A stretch of 64,000 nt of DNA from Octopus sinensis (lineage: Eukaryota): the NCBI RefSeq assembly GCF_006345805.1, contig NW_021833275.1, positions 14,016-78,015 on the forward strand. The letters are read 5' to 3'. Every line of letters starts with the position of its first letter. Positions within the stretch are counted from its first letter, which is position 1. Below the pieces are notes generated by a model, which saw only the letters and a list, made by a program, of their open reading frames with translations, was not told where the DNA came from and made no database searches. Below, piece after piece: positions 54,300 to 64,000 of the stretch. The position numbers and the translations under genes are program-made.

Positions 54300-54450
54300 C
54301 ACTTTGCCTTACAGCTGTTTCTGATGTAAATTATAGGTGCCCATGCTTCGTTTAAGTCAAAAACTTGAACAACCTTAAGAAATAGTATTATCTTCGGAAG
54401 ATGATAGTATTTGTTAATATCGTTCAATTTTTTTAATTGGTTCCTCAACC
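54300..54450 (-). pseudogene. Possible Penelope-like GIY-YIG C-terminal relic
   Basis: DLNEAWAPII resembles the PLE ..L...W.P.. terminal motif; weak. Confidence 0.25.
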
Positions 54451-55079
54451 GGTTGAGTTAATTGGAGCCATGAACGCACCTATTATATCGGAAACAGCTG
54501 TAGGTCTAACCGGCAAAAACAACGAAATATGTAAAGGCCATTATTTATGACTTTCTAAAAATGTCATATATGAATATACGATAAATAATATAATATAGTA
54601 TAGTATAATATAATATTATATGTATGTATATAATATAATATACGATAGTATATCATACATATGCATATACATACATACGTACACACACACACACATACAC
54701 ACGCATATGAGTGTAAAATAATATGGCGCATAAAAATAGTGCAATATGATAGCCCAAAACAACATTATATAACGAAAACTATACACTATAAGCAATATAT
54801 TATATATATGTGCGTGTCAGTGCACATACACACACACATACATACATACAGATATATGTGCATATATATTATATATATATATATATATGTTGTACACACA
54901 CACATATATATATATATATTGTATATATATACATATATATATATATATATTATATATATATATATATATAAATATATATATATAAATACATAGATATGAA
55001 TATCTATCTAACCATATCTCAATCCAGCTCTATCTCTAACTTTTAGTATATATATATGTATATATATGTATATATATAT

Positions 55080-55430
55080 ATATGCATATATGTATGTATG
55101 TATATATGTATGTATGCATGTATGCATGTATGCATGTATGTATGCATGTATGTATGTATGTATGCATGTATGTGTGTAAGCATATATGTATGTATGTATG
55201 TATGCATGTATGTATGTATGTATGTATGTATGTATGTATGTATGTATGTATGTATGTATGTATGTATGTGTGTATGTATGTATGTGTGTATGCATATATG
55301 TATGTATGTATGTATGCATGTATGTATGTATGCATATATGTATGTATGCATGTATGTATGTATGTATGTATGTATGTATGTATGTATGTATAAATGTATG
55401 CATGTATGTATGTATGTATGAATGTATGCA
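55080..55430. repeat. (ATGT)n/(ATGC) tetranucleotide repeat
   Basis: Direct reading. Confidence 0.95.
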
Positions 55431-56117
55431 TGATGTATATATATATATATTTATATATTCTGATAATGTATCTGTGCATCTGTGAATTTCTAGAGGCAAG
55501 AAAAAGCGGGGAGAAATTCCCACAAATGTTCTCACTGCTCTCTGTGTGTCAATCTCTCTTTCTCTCCCCTTCTCCTCCTCTCTCTCTTTCTCCCCCCTCT
55601 CTCTCTATCGCTCAATTTCTCCATTCCCGGTGATATAATTTGGAAAATATCCAAAATCTGTTGCATTATGATTCCATCTTAACTCTAAGTCAAAAGTTAT
55701 GTGCCGTTGGAGCTGCTGTGGAAAAACGTTGGTACGTTTCTGAAAATGACTGTTTTGTATTCCTAATAAATGATAACATGCCTGACGTAATGTGACTTGA
55801 TCAACAACAGACCACTGCCGAGATGTATGCGATGTATGGTCTGCTTGGTTTGGTCTTGCGATGCTTCTTGGCTGCCGGATTATGTGTGTGTGTTTGGCTG
55901 TGTGTATGTGCGTGTATGTATAAGTATGCATATTTGTACGTATCGTATGTTTATAAACATAAGATATATATATATATATACATGCATATTGATCTATGTA
56001 TATATATATATGCATATGTTTATATATATATATATATGCATGTATATATATATTTATATATATATATATGTATGTATATACATACACACACAGATATATA
56101 CATATATGTATATATAT

Positions 56118-56172
<55 letters not shown>

Positions 56173-56330
56173 TATATATATACTATCATATCAATATACG
56201 CACTTGAGACAGTATTCGACTGAAATAATGATATATTAACATTTATGATGTACATTAATGTATAAGCAAACGTGGAACACCGTTCGCTGTATTATTTCGG
56301 TTCAGAAAGACTTGCATTGCAACACACACA

Positions 56331-56361
<31 letters not shown>

Positions 56362-56371
56362 CACACACACA

Positions 56372-56420
<49 letters not shown>

Positions 56421-57419
56421 ACACACACATATATATATAAGTATATATATGAATATATAAATATGTGTGAGTGTACGTGTGTATGCGCTTGTGTGTACAT
56501 AGGTATAAAAGTACGTACTGTGAATGCAGATCCCATAAAATTTCACAGAACAGATATTCAAAAATACAAATATATAAATATAGCTTTATTTTCCCATAAA
56601 CCCTCCAGTGTTTCTGTCGAATTAACGAAGGCATCAGGAAGATAAAATAGCAATTCATGATAAAATATTCGAGTGTTCTGGAATATTTCTTAGGCTAATA
56701 CAGTTCAGCTTATCCAAAATCCTTACAAATTTCAAAAATAAAAAAAAATTAATAAATAAGAAATAAATAAGAAAAAAAATCATAGGAAGTAGATGGTAAG
56801 CTCCAAGTTATAATTTGGTACATGATGTACGATATCTGGTATAGAATATGTTCCAAACGTAGCGCATTAATTCTGATTTTATCTCATGGAGACATTGGAT
56901 CGTATGAGATCCAACTATTATGTGCCATAGAACCTCTCAAAACTTAATTATTTTCCTAGCATAATGAGACTCCCCATAAAGCTGATAATGCAGTATTAAT
57001 GTATGTGACAATACAAACAACAAAACCACCATAAACCCTTTAACAAGTTCGACCTTACAAGAATGTAATGTAACTTCAGAATGATGAGACCCCAACATAT
57101 AAAAGATTCACAGACAACATTTATATTCTTTTCACTATAGGCAAAAGGTCTGCAATTTTGAAGGAGAGGCTAGTACTTAACTAGTATATTTTTTATCGAC
57201 CATAAAAGGATGAAATGCAAAGTCGACCTCGGCGGAATTTCAACTCAGAATGTAAAGAAGGGACGAAATGCTGCCAAGCAATTTACCTTACCTGACATGC
57301 TAACGATTCTGCCAGCTCGACTCCTTACAGACAACCAGCATATCAAAGATATATTCCTATCATTAGCTGCCAAACAGATATCACTATGGTTTTGACACCT
57401 AGGAATTGAAAGAACAAGA

Positions 57420-57695
57420 AGCTTTCTCTAAAAACCAAAATGTGGTTCTACGACACCAACACTAACGTGATTTCCATTCTTTCATATGGCTGTGAAACAT
57501 GGTACGTGAGAACCAACAAAGAAAAGAAACTCGAAGCTTTTGACAGCAAATGCCTCCAGAAAATATCAGGCAAATAATGGAACGATTTTATCAGCAAGGA
57601 GTAGGTCAGAAGAATAAACCAACGTCTAGTACCCAACACCATCTGCAGGATCCGACGTAGTTGGCAGGGACAAGTCGTAAGACTCTAGAGGAACA
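57420..57695 (+). pseudogene. RTE-clade LINE fragment
   Basis: LSLKTKMWFY...YGCETWYV..KEKKLEAFDSKCLQKISG..W (YGCETW motif). Confidence 0.75.
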
Positions 57696-57719
57696 GCTAA
57701 TTAATGAGTTACAACGTTA

Positions 57720-57878
57720 CTTTAACGTCGCAACTCATTTCTACAGATGAGTGAACTAGAGCATCATGAAATAAAGTGTCTTGCTCAACAGCACAATACA
57801 CAACTCAGTCAGGAAATCGAACTCACTACCTCACGATTGTGAGCCCGACGTTCTAACGACTGAGGCATGCGCCTTCAC
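57720..57878 (-). mobile_element. tRNA-head SINE with CORE-like segment
   Basis: Minus strand GTGAAGGCGCATGCCTCAGTCGTTAGAACG..GAGTTCGATTTCC..TTGAGCAAGACACTTTATTTC..GCTCTAGTTCACTCA. Confidence 0.65.
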
Positions 57879-58149
57879 GGAGGAGGGGTATAATCTGTTA
57901 TAACTACCCCAGTAATATACAGGTGTTTCATATGCAATCAACTTCTGGAAGACGAGGGATGCAATCGGTACTTTACAGATGTTTCAAATACAATCAACTT
58001 CTGGAGGACAACGAATGGAAGAGTTGACTATGGCCAGATTTGAACTACGAATCTCAAGATACGACTTAATATCTGAAGGTGTTCCGTCAAACGGAGCATT
58101 GGTTCAGCCTAGTAAACCGCTACCCCTATGCATAACAACTTTATATCTT

Positions 58150-58935
58150 TAATCTTTTACTTGTTTCAATTATTAGAATGTGGCCATGCTGGGGCACTGC
58201 ATCGAGTAACTTTAATCGAACGAATCAACCCCAGTGTTGAATTTTCATTTTAAGCCTGGTACTTATTTTATCTGCTCTTTTCGCTGAACCTCTAAGTTAG
58301 GGAGACATAAACACACCAACAGCGGTTGACAAGCATTGGTGGGGACAAACACTGACTCAAAGACACATGCACACACATACACACACATACTCACACACAC
58401 ATACACACATGTGTGTGTGTGTGTGAGTGAGCGGCTGTGTGGTAAGAAGCTTGCTTCCCAACCACATGGTTCCGGGTTCAGTCCCATTGCGTGGTACCTT
58501 GCACAAGTGTCTTTTACTATAGCCTCAGTCCAACAAAAGCCTTGTGAGTGGATTTGGTAGACGGAAACTGAAAGAAGCCCGTCGTATATATATATATATA
58601 TATCTGTGTCTGTGTTTGTCCCCCCACAATCGATGCTGGTGTGTTTACGTCTCCGTAACTTACCGGTTCGGCAAAAGATATCGATGGAATAAGAACTAGG
58701 TTTACAAAGAACAAGTTCTGGGGTCTACTTCTTCCTTCTTCAACTAAAAAAAAACCCTTTAAGGCATTGCTCCAGTCAAATGACTGAAATAAAAGAATAT
58801 ATATATTCACGACTGGCCTATTAGTTTTCCTCTACGAAATCCGTTCGAAAAGATACTTGCCCCTTGCTCAAGGTGCCATGCAGTGGGACTGAATCCGGAA
58901 CCATGTGGTTGGAAAGCAAACTTCTTACCTCACAG
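58150..58935. mobile_element. Cluster of SINE family A pieces (58150-58400 -, 58430-58800 +, 58810-58935 -)
   Basis: Colinear with the other family A copies. Confidence 0.8.
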
Positions 58936-59487
58936 CCAAAGTATATTATTTATCACCCAATTTGACCATAAAAATTATGGCTAATTATTTGGTTTAGTAT
59001 TTAAATGGACAATCCAATGTCTGTTCGGAGTGAAAATATTTTAATCGACATTTGTTCTGGCCTTTTGAACCCCCCAAGACTGACCATTAGCTTTCTACAA
59101 AATGGAAGGCGAATTAAGCAAAAATAACGCTGTAATGTCCGAGCTATTTTAGCTCTTTACAACACTGATGGTCAGCAAATATATATCAGGTTGTCAAAAT
59201 TAGTGTTATTTTCGCATAAAACCAAACCAGAATAAAATCTGAAGTTCGGAGGACGCTTAAGCTATTAATAAATTTTAGTTATTTATGTTGTCTATACACA
59301 CGTACTCGTATACAGTCACATACGCACACTCACAGTCACAGATATAAATACACAAATATATACATACATATATACACATATATACACGCATACACATATA
59401 AACATGTGTGAACGCGCGCGTGTTACTTCGAACTTATAATATACAGACTTGTGATGGAATCTGAAAAGACGCAGTGTGTATATATAC

Positions 59488-59547
<60 letters not shown>

Positions 59548-59636
59548 AAAAAATGCCTTAGTAAAAAAGGAAAAAAATTCTTTCGTGCAAATCTGACCCT
59601 GATACATACGATACAGCTAAGGGTCAGACCCGATTC

Positions 59637-60006
59637 TGATTGGTCAACAAGTTGATGACGTCTAGCTCTGCTAGAATGGACAGGATACAAACAGGGGACA
59701 GTCATTAGTCAGAATATTGATGACGTCCTTTTCCGCTTGACTAGTCACCTAACAAGTACAGACAGGGGGCAGATCTAATGTAGCTATAAGTCGTGATTGG
59801 GCAGAATCTGGATGACGTCCCGTTCTGCTTGACTAACGAAGCGACTGGTCAAAACAGGAAACAAACAAGAGGCAGTTATAATGCAGCGATGGTCAAAATG
59901 ATGATGACGTCCCGTTCTGCTTGACTAAGCCACCTAACGAAACGATTGGTCAAAACGTTGATGACGTCACGCTACGCTGGATTGACCACCAAACAGGCAT
60001 TATAAA
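59637..60006 (+). promoter_or_regulatory. Promoter-like array: 5x [reverse CCAAT-like box + GATGACGTC] followed by TATAAA
   Basis: GATGACGTC at 59654, 59719, 59811, 59903 and 59960, each shortly after GATTGG/ATTAG/GATGG-TCA; TATAAA at 60001; CCACCATGG at 60049-60057. Confidence 0.6.
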
Positions 60007-60498
60007 CCGAGCACTTCACAAAACTCACTAGAACCACCCAGCGAACATCCACCATGGGTCATCACAATTGCTAAGGTAAAAATGAATTCCTCGCTCTTTC
60101 GGAACATCAATCTTCTGTATTGACCGCTTTCCACCACTTTGATCTGTTTTTGTATTGAATACGTATCGCCACCGTGGGCCACTGCATCGAACACTTTGAA
60201 CATATACTTCAAACTATATGTCAACTATACATGAACTATATATCAACTATACATGAAACTCAAGATGTCTGACTCCGTTGTGTATTATAAATGAATTTCT
60301 TGTGTTGACGGCATGAGCTGTCTTGTTTTTATATATAACTTTTTTTGATAAGGTTCATTTCAGGAACTGAAACATGTTATAATGTATATATAAAAATTAA
60401 AAATTGTATAATACAGCAGCATTTTCGAACTTCATTTTTTACAAATATATACCTACTCGTATACGAGCTAATCCTATTATAAATATATATATATATAT

Positions 60499-60897
60499 AC
60501 TCTTTACTCTTTTTTTTTACTCTTTTACTTGTTTCAGTCATTTGATTGTGGCCATGCTGGAGCACCGCCTTTAGTCGAACAAATCGACCCCAGGACTTAT
60601 TCTTTGTAAGCCTAGTACTTATTCTATCGGTCATTTGTTACCGAACCGCTAAGTAACGGGGACGTAAACACACCAGCATCGGTTGTTAAGCGATGTTGGG
60701 GACAAACACAGACACACAAACATACACACATATATATACATATACGACGGGCTTCTTTCAGTTTCCGTCTACCAAATCCACTCACAAGGCCTTGGTCAGC
60801 CCGAGGCTATAGTAGAAGACACTTGCCCAAGGTTTCAAGCAATGGGACTGAACCCGGAACCATGTGGTTGGTAAGCAAGCTACTTACCACACAGCCA

Positions 60898-60902
<5 letters not shown>
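60499..60902 (-). mobile_element. SINE family A, full length
   Basis: Colinear with 34272-34698. Confidence 0.88.
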
Positions 60903-60965
<63 letters not shown>

Positions 60966-61183
60966 GTGTGTGAGTGTGTGTGTATCTGTGTCTGTGTTTG
61001 TGTTTCTCCACCACCAACGACCACTGGTTCAATACCTGGTATTGTTGGGGAATGAAGTTCCCTTGACACAATAATTATACATTAAGCGTATATAAGTTTA
61101 TATCCATTTAAAAGAAGAAAAAAATGGAGGCAAGGAAGTTAATAATTGTTTATTATTAACAAATTGGTCATCTTCGGTTCTTA

Positions 61184-61259
61184 CAGCCGTTTCAATTAAT
61201 ACTCAGTAATTTAATTACAAATTTGTAATTAAATTATTGAGTATTAATTGAAACGGCTG
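61184..61259. repeat. 76-bp loopless palindrome
   Basis: CAGCCGTTTCAATTAATACTCAGTAATTTAATTACAAA|TTTGTAATTAAATTATTGAGTATTAATTGAAACGGCTG, one mismatch. Confidence 0.9.
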
Positions 61260-61263
61260 GATA

Positions 61264-62292
61264 TCTATATATATAAAACTGTAGTTGTGTGAGTGTCTGT
61301 CTCCTACGATTTAGATTCCTAACTCCTCCCACATTTTGCGGTGCAGTTTAACCAAATTCGGGTATCTTATAGTCGTGATTAATATCAAGCCCGTCTGGCT
61401 ATTAGCGCGCGTCTACGATGAGTCTACGATTTTAAAAATAATTTAACATCATTTTTTATTCCATTTTAATGCATAATTTTTCGTGTGTCGATGGCGGCGG
61501 AGTTGGCGTCCACGCTCAAACACCTGCACCTGTGTTTGCTTCTCCCCCTTCTTCCCTCCCTCGTGAGCTGTGGGGAAGGGAAGTTTAAGGAAATCAACGT
61601 CGTAATGCGTTGTCAAGGAGACCAGCGTTCTTTTAGAACAACGACTTCATGGCTTGAAGACACCAAAACAGAAATGGCTAAGAAAGCCCGAATGGCATCT
61701 ATAAAGGAAGTAACTCTCTAAAAATGCTTATATAGTTATTTCCCTTACAAACCCGAGCAACGCCGGGCGATACTGCTAGTCTATATATAAAAAACTGTAG
61801 TTGTGTGAGTGTCTGTCCCCGTCGATTTAGATTCCTAACTACTCCCACATTTTGCGGTGCAGTTTAACCAAATTCGGGTATCTTATAGTCGTGATTAATA
61901 TCGAGCCCGTCTGAGTATTAGCGCGCGTCTACGATGAGTCTACGATTTTACAAATAATTCAACATCATTTTTTATTCCATTTTAATGCATAATTTTTCGT
62001 GTGTCGATGGCAGCGGAGTTGGCGTCCATGGTCACACCTGCACCTGTTTGCTTCTCCCCCTTCTTCCCTCCCTCGTGAAGCTGTGGGGAAGGGAGTTTAA
62101 GGAAATCAACGTCGTAATGCGTTGTCAAGGAGACCAGCGTTCTTTTAGAACAACGACTTCATGGCTTGAAGACACCAAAACAGAAATGGCTAAGAAAGCC
62201 CGAATTGGCATCTATAAGGGAAGTAACTCTCTAAAAATGCTTATATAGTTATTTCCCTTACAAACCCGAGCAACGCCGGGCGATACTGCTAG
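61264..62292 (+). mobile_element. Two head-to-tail non-autonomous Helitrons (61264-61779 and 61780-62292)
   Basis: A|TCTATATATA ... CCCGAGCAACGCCGGG hairpin ... CTAG|TC ... CTAG|T. Confidence 0.9.
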
Positions 62293-62308
62293 TATATATA
62301 TATATATA

Positions 62309-62700
62309 GGCGCAGGTGAGGTTGCGTGGTAAGAAGTTTGCTTTCCAGCCCCATGGTTCCAGGTTCGGTCTCACTGCGCGGTTCCTCTGGTGGGTGTCTC
62401 CAACTGTAGCCTCCGGCCGAACGAAACCTTGTGGGTGGAATTGGTAGACGGAAAGTGAAAGGAGCCTGTTGTATATATGTGTATATACACATATATCAAT
62501 GTGTATGTGTCTTTGTGGCAGTGTTTGTCCCCCAACATCACTAGACAACCTATGCTGGCATGTTTACGTCCCCAGAAGTTAGGGGTTCGGCGAATAAGAC
62601 CGAGAGACCAAGCTTAAAAAATTTCGTTCGACTAAAATTCTTCAAGGCGGTGCCCCAGCAGGGCCGCAGTCTATTGACTGAAAAAAAGTAATAACTAAAA
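62309..62700 (+). mobile_element. SINE family A, diverged full-length copy
   Basis: tRNA-like head, core and tail. Confidence 0.75.
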
Positions 62701-63024
62701 GAATACATTCGCACACACACGTACACACACATCCGGCCAAGGAGCACAGGGTTACATAATTGGGCTGTTACCTAATACTCCGTTGAACCCCTAGTGCGAA
62801 ACAGACTAGTAAGATCGGCTGTAATGGATATATTATACCGTACATTTCGATTAATATATGAATATATGTGTGTGTGTGTGTGTGTGTGTGTAAATATGGA
62901 GACAATTTGAACTACATCTACCAACATTATGATGGAACTCCGAGTCCCCAGAAACAGCTACTGGACTTATAAGACCTTACTTTCTCTCCTTCAATTTTCT
63001 CTGTTGTTCGTACTCTGTGGAAGG

Positions 63025-63240
63025 TGGATCTATTAATATAAATCTATTATATGAAATCTGTTCTGTCTGTGTGTCTTCTAGGATCTCGGGCATCCTCCAT
63101 CCGATTGCGCTCAAATTTGTTATGTAGATACCGACGGTATCAGGGCAAGTATAAGTCTTGAAAAAATTACAAAAATCGATTCCAGGTGAGAATACGATCG
63201 ATAAAGCTGCGGGAACGTGCATTTGTAAAATCGTTTTTTC
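63025..63240 (+). mobile_element. Possible Helitron-type 5' fragment
   Basis: ATCTAT...CTGTCTGTGTG...CCGATTGCGCTCAAATTT start; no CTAG end found. Confidence 0.35.
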
Positions 63241-63722
63241 TTGGAATAGAAAAAAAGTCTATCTTTATTTCTTCTTTTGCTGGTGTCTAAAATATAGGTT
63301 AAATCAGTGTTTCTCAAAGGGGAGGCCTATAGGATGGTCGGACAAGTTGTTTCGAGAAAATTTGGTTTAAATGTTTGACAACTCAGCACCGTCCATTGGA
63401 CGGGGGGGGGGGCGTTTTGCTCGTATCTTATATATTTATACTTAAATATTCATCGTCTGAAAGTCTCCGCCTTTTTCTTTTCTCTCGTTTTGCATGTATA
63501 CATATAGACGTATTTTGTATTCCATATCCAACCTGTTATAATTGATATATCTAATTTGTATATCCGCATGATTGCCCCCATATCTGCTCAACTCACAACT
63601 GACATTCTTTTTTCCCGTGGATCCCCTATAAAGGCACCGGAGTCCAAGTTTGAATCATTTGTGTCTTCTATAGAAAGAATCTCTGAATCTCATCCGTTGC
63701 CTATTTGTACATTAATATGTAC

Positions 63723-63753
<31 letters not shown>

Positions 63754-64000
63754 GAGAGAGAGCGAGAGAATGCGAGAGAGAGATGCATGATATATATATA
63801 ATATAATATGTACATAACTATGTATACTTTATATATATATATAAATATATATATATATAAATATATATATATTATATATAATATATAATATATATATATT
63901 ATATATATATTATATATATATTATATATACCGGAGATATATAGGAGTAAACACATAAACGTGAAACAAGGTGGAAAAAAGAGTACTCAAATACCAGGGGT

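Noticed and set aside
63935-64000. Start of another repeat at the window edge
   Set aside because: Truncated by the window; cannot be classified.

Overview
Repeat-saturated, microsatellite-rich eukaryotic DNA. The SINE families and microsatellite density suggest an octopus genome (inference; not verifiable here). No host protein-coding gene can be supported, and almost all small ORFs in the track are translations of microsatellites. Contents: (1) three 5'-complete Tx1-like (L1-group) LINEs of two subfamilies, each inserted in (TATC)n in the same strand orientation, two of them head-to-tail; (2) a 5'-truncated R4/Dong-like REL-endonuclease LINE in (TAA)n; (3) non-coding tandem repeats with ~361-bp and ~507-bp units, each unit carrying a type I hammerhead ribozyme, flanked by (TA)n and preceded by an inverted segment (Penelope-like/retrozyme architecture). 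The 361-bp family has a compensatory U3-A8 core, a diverged monomer of the 507-bp family shows helix covariation, and several other hammerhead-like variants are scattered through the window; (4) hAT-type MITEs with 8-bp TSDs and internal telomere-like repeats, non-autonomous Helitrons, a fold-back mariner relic, and RTE and CR1 fragments; (5) many tRNA-derived SINEs, one family with a 3' tail matching the Tx1 3' end; (6) a 5x CCAAT/CRE promoter-like array. Single-base homopolymer differences between near-identical tandem units suggest some frameshifts could be consensus errors. All alignments and RNA folds were done by eye; coordinates of degenerate repeats are approximate.
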